From Bilabrum cf. latius (Eukaryota): 64,000 nt of DNA. Below are positions 26,901 through 38,468 of this stretch, one piece after another. Under the pieces are notes generated by a model. The model was not told the origin of the DNA and did not search any database. It saw nothing but the letters and a program-made list of their open reading frames with translations. Every line of letters begins with the position of its first letter. Within the stretch, counting starts at the first letter, position 1. The DNA lies in the NCBI GenBank assembly GCA_965178125.1, contig OZ237756.1, forward strand, positions 310,001 to 374,000, written 5' to 3'. The position numbers were made by a program, and so were the translations under genes.

Positions 26901-29900
26901 AGCTACGGTTGTACTGCCTAGTTTGATACTGTACAATGGGGCCTTTCCCATCCGTGTAGCCTATACAACGTGCATCGCTGGCGGTAGCACTGTTGCCGGA
27001 GCACGAGCAACTGCATCGATCGAGATTCGCTCACCGTCGTCCATAGTGGCTAGATCCTTGGCAGACTGTGGTACTTCCCCGAAATGTAGCACAAGCTCCA
27101 TCACCAGGTCCATCTCACACGATGCCGCTTGCGGGCACTACGCTCGTATTGCCTGATCAATTGTGGTCGCCATGTCCAACGGGTGCATGGTTCGCGGGAA
27201 CCCCCAGGCATGGACGGCATGCCCGCCAATGTACTCGAACTGTACACTGTAACCTAGATCTATTCCGGATACTGGACGCACTGCCAGGGGCCTGGCAAGT
27301 ATTATTGGAAGCGCGGACAGCGCGTGTACACTCAGTCGAATCGTACATGCGCCATCGTGCGGCTTTCCCAACCACGACAGGAGCACTCTAGTGGAGCTGC
27401 CGGTAGTACTGCCCACAGCAGTTGCACCACCGCTGTCGAGTCCAAGATGCATGGGAGCAATGACGTCAGCGTCAATCGTACTGTTCGCAGGACTTGCGCT
27501 ATCACCCGTGACATCGCCTGCGCTGCCACCTGCGCTTGCACCCACACCTCCTGCCTTGCTGTGGTCAAGCACGAACTGCCTAAAGACTCGAGCTGCAGCA
27601 GGAGACACGGCCGTGAATACTGCCCTGCAGCGAATGCTAAAGGGGCTGTCGAGCTCCCGGTAGGACGGAACCAGGCGTTGCATGACCGGGTCTGTGCTGT
27701 ACATGTCATTGCCGGCACGGAGCGCATATCCAGGCGACCCGGCCGACATGCACCTATCCCTGAATGCCTGCAGCAATGCCATCCAGTCCATGGGTACGAT
27801 CCGCTTCTGGCGATGCACGGCACTAGCATCATTGCTACCATCGGCCGTCTTTGGCGGTTTCGCTACCGATGTCACCAGCACCTGGATATTCTCACACTCC
27901 GCCCCTGCTGCTTCGACGTCAGATTCATTTCGCCCAGCACCGCTGCTGGGACCGGTACCGCGGTCCTCAAAATGACTGTAGCCTCTCGGTGCAGCGATCG
28001 CTCTCAGGACTCTGGCACCGGGCCCTACCAGCAGAGAACCGTCACCTCCGAAATGATCCTGATTTCCGGAGGGAACGACGTCCACGGCGTGCATCTGCAT
28101 GTCGTGGTGGGCGGTCACCTGGGCCTTGAGCCAGGCTGCGCAGGCTGTTTCCCTTCCAGCTGGCACCCACAGCCGCAAGCTCCCAAGCGGAACTGAGCCG
28201 TGGCCACTGGTCCAGGGCGTTTGAAGCAGCGCCTGATGGTCTCCAAGAGGGAGACCGGGATGCATGGTGATACGCTTGATCTGGGTACATTGCGCGCCCA
28301 GCATGCTTCGGTAAGTGGCGGTGTCCATGCCCTCGACCTCGACAGCCGCCATGTCTACACCTGCAGGAAAGTCCTCGGAACGCATGCCGGCCAGTCGTAT
28401 CAAGTCTTCTTTGACCACCCTCGTGAGACTGCACATGATATAGCTGCCGAGATCCTGCACCTGCTCAAATGCAACAATATCGGGCATTGCCTGGCCATCT
28501 ACTGCACGCGAAAGGCACGAGGAATTGTGGATCTGGGCGATTCCGATCCACCGCCCATGCCGCTGCAGGCTATATCCAGCGCGAGCACCACTATTGGAAG
28601 CAGCGAGGTTGTCTTGCAGCGCCCATCCTACGAAGCACGCCACCATGCGCTCTATGGAAAGATCGGCGGAGCCACTGGTAGCTGGATGCTCCACTTCGAA
28701 TGCCACATCCAGCGGCTCGACGCAAAGCTCAATGAGTCTCGCCGCACTGGCTCCGTCTGTATCTCCGTCTACCTCGTCGTCTTCGGGGGTTTTCGATTCG
28801 TCAGCACCGGCCCCGATGGCGGCCTGTGGAGCAGCGGGTCGCAGCGCAGAGATACCTGCTTCACCTAGCGGACGAAGCGTCAGCATGGCAGGCGAGCCGA
28901 ACTCTAGGCTAGAGCACTTGAGCACATCGTCGGCAATCTAGTCCATGCGATCTGGGATTCCCTTGAAGGTGTCAATGACTCGCTCCGCGGCTTCAGAGAA
29001 CAATAGATGCACCAGCTCTGCCTGCAACTCGTTGTATCGCTCCGGTTCGCGTATTTCCTCTGCGGTTCTTGACCCTGAACGAGGGCGTGCTGCAGGTGCA
29101 TCGACTAGCCCAAGGCGCTCCCATGCAGTGTATACCCTCAACAGGGTGATCAAATCGCCCCATGGAGAGGTCGCACCCTGGAGTCGGCTTGTGATGCTGC
29201 GGTACAACGACCCCTGCAGACCTGACTGCAGCAGGGCAACTAGTCTAAGCACAATCTATGAGCCAATGGCAAGCTCTCCCGTGGCTTCTATTGCCTTGAA
29301 CAGCAGCGCTCCGTGCCAGGGCTCCATTCCAGCGGACTGGACTACATGACCTCGAAACGTGGCAGATGACACAGACGCCTGCCCCTTGCGGCCGCCGTCT
29401 TTCTTTGCAAGACCCAGCCCGCAGAGCGTATGTACAGCAGCAAGTTGGTCGTGTACCCTGGGCCTCGTGATCCACTAAAACTCGGAAGTAGATATGCCTG
29501 CGGTGAGTATGCCCAGCGTCATACGGGTGACGTCGCACCGTAGCACCCCAGGCAGGTTCTGTGGCCGCATAACGTCGAACGAGTCCTTAGAGTAGAGCCG
29601 GATGCACTTGCCCGGGCAGGTCCTCCCGGTCCTGCCCTCCCGCTGGATGGCAGCTGCCTGGGAGATGCGCTCGAGGCGGCGCTGCGAGATGCGCAGGTCA
29701 GGATCGTATACCTCCTGCCAGTCGTAGCCGCAGTCAATCACGCAGGACACGCCAGGCACAGTAATTGATGACTCAGCCACCCGTGTAGCAAAGTACACGA
29801 CCGGTGTGCCAGTATTCGACGCACGCATGGATTTCTCCAACGAGCCTGAGTCGAGAACAAGCACCTGCACGGACCTGGTATGGCCGAATTGCTCCTGCAG

Positions 29901-31385
29901 CATGCCGAGCATGGCCTGCTTGCACCTGTACGCAGCACCACGACCAGGCGCAAACGCGAGCACACCTTCGCTAGCCTTCCGCTAGACGAGCCCCATGGCC
30001 TCCCGGAAAGCAACTAGCGCAGTGCACTGCACCAGTGTCTCAATCTGGTCCTTGATTTTTGGCCTCCTGTACCTCCATGTCGGCCGAGCATTTGGCTTGC
30101 CCATTGTGTGAGGCGGTTTCTAGCGCTGTAGGCCACGGGGACCCAGAATAGACAGCCTACTCGCTGACTTTCTCTCCCGGTAGAAATCATCCACCTACCT
30201 TGACACAGCGTCAAGCTACTCAAACTGAGTCTTCGTGTCGTAGCTGAAGCCGTCGATCTGGAAGCGGGATGACCCGGGGAAGAATGCCTCAATCTCGTCG
30301 TGGTCCAGTGTCGCAGATGCCACCAGGAGGGTAGGTCTGTACGTGCACGACGGTGAGCTCCCGCCGCTCTTGCCGGGTGCGCCGTACATGATGCGCTTTA
30401 CCATGCCCAGGAGTGCATCGCACTGCACGCCCCTCTCGTGCACTTCGTCAACCATGATGATTCCGAAGCTCTCTAGCCTCATCATCTGAGCTACCCCTCC
30501 AGCGCTGGCATCAGCAGCGGCACCAGGATCAGGATCTGCGCATGAGCTGCCTCCGCCCTATTGCAGCCAGTTTCCAGCCATGATGAGCGCAGTTGCTTCG
30601 TCCACGAATACGATCGAGTTGCTTCGAGACACCAGAGGCTGGGAACCCGCGATTGCCAAGCCCACGGCCCCGCCGGCCCCCACCTTAGATCCGAGTTCCT
30701 GGGCCACCCTGTAGGCAAGGAGGGCGGCACTTTCCGGCTACGGCTCCGTGACCAGCAGTCTGCATCCATTTTTGGCCTGTGCGAGCCCTCGCTGGGCGAG
30801 CACTTGCGGGAGTTGAGTTGATTTGCCGCTGCCCGGCCTCCCGCTCACGAGCATCACAGGCATAGCTTCTGGCTCCGTCCCCCAGGCTTGCTGCACCCGT
30901 TTAACCGCCTGGTATATGCCATTCTCCTGCGTGAATACCCGTAGGCTTCTAGAAAATGCTCTGACAGCAAGGTCCAGCCGATGGAGCAGTGCTTGCATTA
31001 GCTGCAGCCGGCCGTCCAACGCTGAGTCGGAGGAGGAGGAAACGCCCAGCCCGAGGCGCCTTTTGCGCTCTCGCAGCAGCCTCTCTTCTTCCGACTCGTC
31101 CACATGTACGGTTTTTGCCTTGGCCCAGGCCTCTGCAGCTGCAAGGACGTCGCCCATCATGCGGGCAAACAGGGCATTCGATCTGGTTTGCATCTCTCTC
31201 GTCAGCTGGTTCTTGCGCTTCTGGAGCTGGTCCAGCCGCACGATGTCTTCCCGTGACAGCCCTACGCCGGTACCGTCCCCGGAAATGTCTCTAATTTCCG
31301 TGGAAATATCGCCCATGATCTGCTGCGCTCTGGTGGTCGCTCGATTCAAGTAGTCAGACGCGATCGCGTACACGACCCTGAGGCT
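23934..31385 (-). CDS. 3' part of DEAH-box RNA helicase fused to C-terminal RBR (RING-IBR-RING) ubiquitin ligase; interrupted by provirus
   Basis: A single 7452-nt frame broken only by TAG that ends at TGA 23934. Motifs GRPGSGKSTQLPQ, DEVHER, SAT, ATRVAESSITVPGV, QREGRTGR, IBR (CPAASWCLKC...HVGPC) and RING2 (CANPDC...GCNHMTCMDCHTHFCWLC). Confidence 0.9.
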
Positions 31386-31391
31386 CGAAAG

Positions 31392-32451
31392 GGGGGGACA
31401 ACAGGTGGTGGTAGGTACACCAAGCGTTTAGGACGAGGGCTACGCTACGCTCGCCCCTCCTTTAAAGGCATATTTAGCAACTCAAGTGTTTCCCCTATAA
31501 ACCTAAATGATTTCACAGGGGGTTCCCCAAGAACCCCTATAGAACCCCTCTATGTACCCATTTTCAGATATAAAATTTACTCCTACGAAGTAGGGGTAAA
31601 TTGAAGAATTCTAATATTTAACCCCCTTATAAACTCTAACAGCAAAGACAGAGATGTTTTAGTAAAGTAGGAAAAAATGAAGAAATTAACCAAGTGTCCA
31701 AAATATCTCTGTGTTTGCTGTAGGAACGGAAGGATGAATTCCCAAGAGACCAAGAGACCAACCGAGGATTTCCCCAAGAGAACAAGGTATTTTATCAAGA
31801 GACCGAGGTATGTTCCCAAGCGACAAACCGATAAACCGACCGATGAACCGACCGATGAACCGACCAAGGATTTCCCAAGGATTTCCCAAGGATTTCCCAA
31901 GGATTTCCCAAGGATTTCCCAAGGATTTCCCAAGCGACTAAATTGTTCTCCGAAGCAACCAAACCGATTACCCAAGAGATGATACATTATAAGGAAAACG
32001 AAAACGTATTTTAAGTCCCTTTGGAAAAGTCCCCCAAGATGCTCGGGCTTTGCCCTCCGCTCTTTTGATATCTTTTTCAAAGATTAAAATTGAGAGATTT
32101 TACAGGTCAATTTTAAGAGACTTAGAAAGAATAAATATATTTTCCAATTAAAATTAAATGTTGTAATTCCTATGATGCCACCATAAAAATTAAAAGGAAA
32201 ACGAAAACGTATTTTAAGTCCCTTTCGAAAAGTCCCCAAAAAACTTGTCAATTTTACAGGTCAATTATAAGAGACTTAGAAAAAATAAATTAAGTTCCCA
32301 AGATGCTCGGGCTTTGCCCTCCGCTCTTTTGATATCTTTTTCAAAGATTAAAATTAAATGTTGTAATTCCTATGATGCCACCATAAAAATTAAAAGGAAA
32401 ATAAAAAACAAATTATAATTGTTTTCCAATTAAAAACACAAAAATTGATTG
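31392..32451 (+). repeat. left terminal inverted repeat (about 1060 bp)
   Basis: Reverse complement of 56293-57116. It contains 6 copies of GGATTTCCCAA (31868-31933) and an internally duplicated block. Confidence 0.93.
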
Positions 32452-32466
32452 CCTAAAGTGGAAATG

Positions 32467-32505
32467 TCGTACCTTAAGCATAACTTACGTAGTCTATAGT
32501 ACAAC
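32467..32505 (+). promoter_or_regulatory. conserved upstream motif TCGTACCTTAAG-N9-CGTA(G/T)TCTATA (copy 1 of 3)
   Basis: The same motif occurs at 33885 and 35599, each directly upstream of an ATG. Confidence 0.75.
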
Positions 32506-32512
32506 CACATAA

Positions 32513-32752
32513 ATGGCAAAATCACAAAAGGAACTCGAGAATTACATCTTGGCGACCAAAGAATGTCTTAAATCAGTCCCGTTTATTACAACACGAGAAG
32601 CATACGATATGGCCAAAAAGTACCTTGAATTTACAAAGACTATTATTTGGATTAATTATGATGATGACGATGACCTGCTTGCTGACTTTGAGGAAGCTAA
32701 AGATTTAAGTCAAATTGTAGTTGAATGGCACGAAAGTACCAAAACCAAATGA
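32513..32752 (+). CDS. virophage hypothetical protein, 79 aa
   Basis: ATG-to-TGA ORF preceded by the conserved promoter motif. Confidence 0.7.
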   Translation: MAKSQKELENYILATKECLKSVPFITTREAYDMAKKYLEFTKTIIWINYDDDDDLLADFEEAKDLSQIVVEWHESTKTK

Positions 32753-32817
32753 TTTTTTCCCAAGAATTATTTTCCCTACTTTACAAAAGTAAGGAGAATG
32801 ATACAACTATATAGCAA

Positions 32818-33873
32818 ATGAGTAGCGCCTTTGAAAGAATATTACAATCCCTAAACATTTATCCCAACAGTCGTATTGTAAATTTAATGAAACGACCAAA
32901 ACGACCCAAAGGAGTAAATCGACCCCACGTAAATGTACCAGAACCTCACCAAGTGGTACAAATGGATTTATTATCATTACCCCACGACAATAATTATAAA
33001 TACGCATTAACTGCTATTGATTTACATACAAAGTAGGCCGATGCTGAACCGCTCAAAACCAAGCGTTAGAACGAAGTATTAAAGGCATCAAAAAAGATTT
33101 TCAATCGTGGTAATGTCCAGAAACCGCAGCACCGTTTGGAAATAGATAATGGAAAAGAATTTAACGCTTTACAAAGATATTTAGAAGAGACCGATGTATT
33201 TGTACGAAGAAATAAAGCAGGTCGCCACCGACAACAGGCATTAGTGGAAAACCTAAATAAAACGTTGGGAAAAGCCATATTTACCCTATAGAACGTTAAT
33301 GAGTTAAATACAGGTAATGAAAGCGTAGAATGGGTGGATATGCTTCCAAACATCATTGAAAACTATAATGAATATCAACTAGAAAAGTATATAGAAGAAC
33401 CACCTTTACCCCCAGAACACTTCGACTTTACGTAGTGTAAAGGAGACGCTTGTAATATATTGGAAGAGGGTACAAGAGTTCGTATACCATTAGAAGAACC
33501 CAGAAAGGCTACAAATTTACAGCAAAAATTATCCGGAAATTTTCGTGCTTCAGATTTACGCTATAATCCAGAAATCAAAACGATAACTAAAGTATTATTA
33601 AGACCGAGACAACCACCCTTATATGTTGTGGATTAGGATGATTTAGTGGCTTATCCAAAAGAGGAATTACAGATTATCGACTTTGATAATGAGGACAATA
33701 ACCGAGATGCTCAGACAATCTTTCTCCCAAAAAAAATAAAATCCGAGAACGAAACAGAATATCAAATAGAATGGAAAGATTTTCCAGAACCAGAACATTG
33801 GACGTGGGAACCAAAGAATAAAATCCAAGAAATTGCTCCTAATTTAATTTTGGAGTGGGATATAGAAAATTGA
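32818..33873 (+). CDS. retroviral-type (rve) integrase with C-terminal chromodomain, 351 aa
   Basis: Read through 5 TAGs. DDE motifs QMDLL, IDNGKEF and QQALVENLN, plus EWVDMLP. Chromo motif YQIEWKDFPEPEHWTWEP. Confidence 0.92.
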
Positions 33874-33930
33874 GATGCCCCGTATCGTACCTTAAGGATT
33901 ATTTTCGTATTCTATAGTACAACAACAAAA

Positions 33931-35592
33931 ATGTCATTCACTCTGCCGACTAAAGCGTATTCGTCAAAAAGCCTTATGGACCTATGTAATGCCGGAAAAC
34001 AAGAGGAATGTATTCAATACCTTAAACAATACTTCTACCGCACCCACGAACAAGGTGGCGGGGTGTATTTTCTAATAGCATCTGAATTAAATCGGAATAA
34101 CATAAGTGATGACGAACCCCAGAAACCAGTCTGGTAGTTCCTTACGAATAAAAATATTACTGAAAATTACCTGATTGGGGGACACTGTATTTACGCGATT
34201 GTGGGCAACAAAAGAGTAAAGACTTGGTCAGCACGAGACTGGTTCTTAAATGAGAATACCGACGTATTTACGATTGTAAGAAAATTCAATTCACCTACCG
34301 TTGATTACGACAATCAAACAATTAACGTTATGGGTTCACCTATACTTACACGGGAAAACTGTGGAAACATAGAGGATTTAACCGAAGACGCAAAAGCAGG
34401 CGCGACTATGATTTACGAACATATCCAGAAGGTGTGGACTTCAGAAGACAAAGAATAGTGTGATTTTGTGATGAAGTGGTTGGCTCACGTTATTGTGGGC
34501 GGAAAGAAGTTGGGTACAGCACTATATTTGAAATCTCCACAAGGAACTGGTAAATCGATGATTATTACCTTCCTTATGAGAAAACTACTCGGATATACCC
34601 TCACACTATAGACGCTTACACACAAGATGCTTCAACCCGACGCCTTCAACTCAATTCTGGACGGGAAACTATTAGTCAATTTTAATGAAATTCCAAAAGC
34701 CTCGCCAACTATTTGGGACGCCATGTAGGCAACACTAAGAAATCTTATTACGGAAAAACACTTTTCCTGTAATGAGAAGTTTGTCAAATCCGAAAGTCGT
34801 CCGAATACATTCAATTTAATTATTGATACGAATGATAGTCCAATCAAAATCACCGAGGAAATCCGTAGATATTGTGTTTTGGATGTGAATACATCTAAGA
34901 AAGGAGACAAAGAATACTTTACAACACTAAAACGTTTTACAGAAAATCCAGAAGTGGCTAAGGCATTTTATATGTTATTGGTTGAAATCTATGATACATC
35001 ACCAGACTTTACAGGACAATTCGCACCAAAATCAAAGAATTTTTACAAAGGAATTCTTGATGGCGCACATCCGGTTTTAAAAATTCTAAAAGAAGAGTGG
35101 CTGGACGAAGGCAGAGATTTTAAAATGACAGTCTTGGAATTCCGCAATTATCTAAAGCAGGAACTGAACGGTAGAGTGAAGAACCTTGGTACACCTATGA
35201 TTAAAACACTATTGTCAGAGGTAGGTGTTCATTCAACGATGAACAAATAGAGAAAACAAGAATTTAATGTGAAACACGCAGACTTACTAAAAGGCTTCCA
35301 ATCTAAATTTTAGGCACTTCGTCATTCTGCTGAGATGGAAAAAGCAAAATCCGAGGTAGATGTTCTTCGAGAGTAGATTAGAGAACTACAGAAACAAGTC
35401 GCATAGCAGTAGGAAACGATTGAATAGTTGGAATTAGAAAAGGAGATTACACCGACGGAACAAGTCCATAAGAAAATCCAGAAACAGCTGAGTGTTGAGA
35501 ATAGCATCGCTATTCAAAAATGGATAAAAGAGAACCCACCAAAGAACAAAAAAGGAAAACTTTCCAAATTCCTCTGTAAAATTGAGAAGTGA
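33931..35592 (+). CDS. D5-like superfamily 3 helicase, 553 aa
   Basis: One frame through TAGs to TGA 35590. Walker A LYLKSPQGTGKS, FNSILDGKLLVNFNE, NLIIDTN, RRYCVLD and a C-terminal coiled coil. Confidence 0.85.
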
Positions 35593-35649
35593 GTGAGTTC
35601 GTACCTTAAGAATAATTATCGTATTCTATAATATAATAGATACTATAGA

Positions 35650-37491
35650 ATGCCCGAAATCGATTTTACGGAACCCCAAAGAACCAAATTGCGTCTTAAT
35701 GGGAAACCAATATGGAGTATGCGATTTGAGAGCGAGGACCTTATCACCGTAAAAAATGTCTTGGAATTTATTCGTGATTACGACGATGGTGGTGAAAATC
35801 CGTTTGATGACTTTAAATTTAAGGTGAATATCAATTACCAAGATACAGGTTGGCGAACACGAAGCACTTGGATTACTACAGATGATTTAGAAAATCAAGA
35901 TAGTTTATGGGCGGGCTACGAAGACGACGATGACGACGAATATAGAAAATTGAATTCTTTTGAACTACTGCTTATTAGAAAGCCAGAACCAGAAGGCGGT
36001 GCTGACGAACATAACGATTGTTTATATAACGCTATAAAACAGGCTTTTCCTTTTTCAGTTGGTCGTAAGGTAAATGTAAAGAGCGCAAAAGGCAAATGGA
36101 AAACTACTATTAAAAGATTGTCGAAGTCCGACCTCAAAGAACTCTTGAAAATTGGACGTGATGACCCCGTTGATTACAGAAGAATACCAGAGATAGAAGA
36201 CGAACTTCAAGTACGCATTCATGTTGTAGGCGACTTTGAATACACATCTGGAAAAACTCATTTTGACCGTCTTCTAACTGTTTCATTAACAAATGGGCAT
36301 TACAAGTATGTTCCCCCCATTAGTTAGAAAGAATTATTTACACCGCCGTCTAAAGAACCGTGTACGCTAATTACCCGCTTGTATCAATCCGAGAATTCTT
36401 ATTTACTATTTGATGGAGACCGTGAGTATCAATCAGAAGGCATTACATCAGTTTCCAAGGATAAATTCATCTTTGAAGTCAAGTCCAAGGAAGAACTAAG
36501 AACAAAACACGAAGAACGGATGAAAAATGTAAGGGCATTAGCGAAGGAGACGGGTGGATATATGGATTTATCACGATTTATGTTTAGAACATCCCTATTT
36601 GTAAAGTCGTATTTCAGTAAGTTTTCCAAACTTTACCCTGCCGACCCGATTGACCAAGTTGAAGCACTATGGATTTCTAAAGCCTCGGGTGGTGGATTGA
36701 ATTGGGCAAACAAGAATACTACATTAAAAAACGCATACCAGTACGATATTAACTCATTTTATCCAAGTATTATGAAGGGTACATTTACATTTCCGGTTAG
36801 AAGGGGTAAGTTCGTAAAATTTGAAGTACCTTCAAGTGGTTTCTATCCGTACGGCATTTTTAGGGTACATATTGAAAATATCAATTCTAAATTGGTACAA
36901 AAAAGAAAAAACAATTATTATACCCAATATGACATTAACCGAGCGATTGAGACGGGCGCTTAGGTGTCTCTGATTGAAGACGGTGAAGCCAACGCTTTAC
37001 TTTACGATGAGACAACAAGGGTGAAGGCAAATGGACTGTTCAAAACGATGATTGAGCGATTGTACGGTTATAAAAAATAGGGATTGAAGTGTGCGAAGGA
37101 GATACTAAATAATATTTGGGGTTCTCTATGTTAGAAAAACACAATCACAAAAACACTCCGAGATGGTGATTGTATGAATTTTAGACAATTAAAGAACGCG
37201 TATCCTAAAGCATCTGGACGACTTGTATCGGGTATACTATATGACGAAGAGTACGATTACAAAACAGCCTACGCAAGAATGGGCCCCTTTCTGACTGGAC
37301 TTGGACGAAGTAAATTGTCCAAAATGATTGAGCCATATCTTGAAAACATTCACTATGTCAACACGGATGGTTTCATTAGTGAGAAAGAATTACCTCTAAA
37401 GTTATCAACGAACCTTGGGGGTATGAAGTTGGAGCAATCAGGTGAATGTCAAATTATTCACAGTAAGAAGAAAATTTTTAGAAAAGATTGA
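35650..37491 (+). CDS. protein-primed family B DNA polymerase with N-terminal vOTU-like domain, 613 aa
   Basis: Motifs YQYDINSFYP, KRILNNIWG and YVNTDG. The N-terminal region has GGADEHNDCLYNAI...LTNGHY. The three track ORFs are joined by TAG. Confidence 0.9.
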
Positions 37492-37492
37492 A

Positions 37493-37765
37493 TTAAATAG
37501 TCTGCTTTTCCTTTAGTCTCTAAATTTCCTATCGCAAACTATCAAGTTCATCCATAATATTAATTTGTTCCCTTTTTGTGTCTTCCTCTTTTTGAAGCCA
37601 ATCAAGGTGTTTTTTGGTTCTACAATGATGTGATTTATTGTACTTCTTATATACACCACCACAGGAACACTTTATCTATTCTCCAAGTTTTTCCTTGTTT
37701 TTCCGGTAGTATTCACGGGCATACAGCTTATCCTGTTCTTTTCTTTCTGAATGACTGAGTGTCAT
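37493..37765 (-). CDS. small zinc-ribbon/zinc-finger protein, 90 aa
   Basis: MTLSHSERK...IKCSCGGVYKKYNKSHHCRTKKH...; ends at TAA abutting the PolB stop. Confidence 0.8.
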
Positions 37766-37806
37766 TTTTGTATTCTATAGTATTATACTATAGAGTTAGA
37801 TTTAAG

Positions 37807-38448
37807 TCATACATTCTACCAAGCAATTTTTAGAGCATCACTTTTCCCATATCCTCTACCTCTTAACTACTGAGCGATTTTCATTGCTAGTTTTGCTTTT
37901 GGGTTTTTCCGACGGCGCCTCCCTTTTCCAGTTTTTTGTGGTTTAAAACTCTACTTCGCTCTTTCGTTCGAGCCCCAATCAGGCACTTCACCACCCATTC
38001 GCATTACTCTAGCCTATCTCGATGATAATAGTTCTTTCTAACTATTTCCCTTCTCTCTAGCATCAAAAAATTCACGCATAGTATCTCTCCGTTCTGACGC
38101 ATATTTTCTATGAATTGCCTAATTAAAATCATCAAGTGTTGTGTCGTGTTGCTCGTGTAGTGATGGTGATAAGAATTTTAGTATACCCACGTCATAATCA
38201 CCATCACTATCTTTGTCAATTCCTAGCGTATCAAATTCTTGTTCGGTCTTTTCGGCGAGCATTTCCATCATTTCCCTTTCCTAAGGGTTTACATATACAC
38301 GATTAGCGTACTTTTCCCCTATACTCTAGTGCTTCCTCAATCCTTTCAAAATTGCTAGTGCTTGTCTAGCGTCTTTCCCCAAACTCTGATGTGGCTAACT
38401 AGCCAGTAAATGTAGTTGTTCTTCGGTATAATCATCAACACCCGCCAT
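37807..38448 (-). CDS. virophage hypothetical (candidate core) protein, 213 aa
   Basis: MAGVDDYTEEQ... open only with TAG=Gln. Basic C-terminus KNPKAKLAMKIAQQLRGRGYGKSDALKIAW; TATAGTAAATG start context. Confidence 0.75.
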
Positions 38449-38468
38449 TTACTATACACAATCATAAA

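Noticed and set aside
31583-32080. ORFs inside the TIRs (101/165 aa left; 90/123 aa right)
   Set aside because: They are built from 11- and 12-bp repeats, are open on both strands and lack the viral start motif, so they are probably non-coding.
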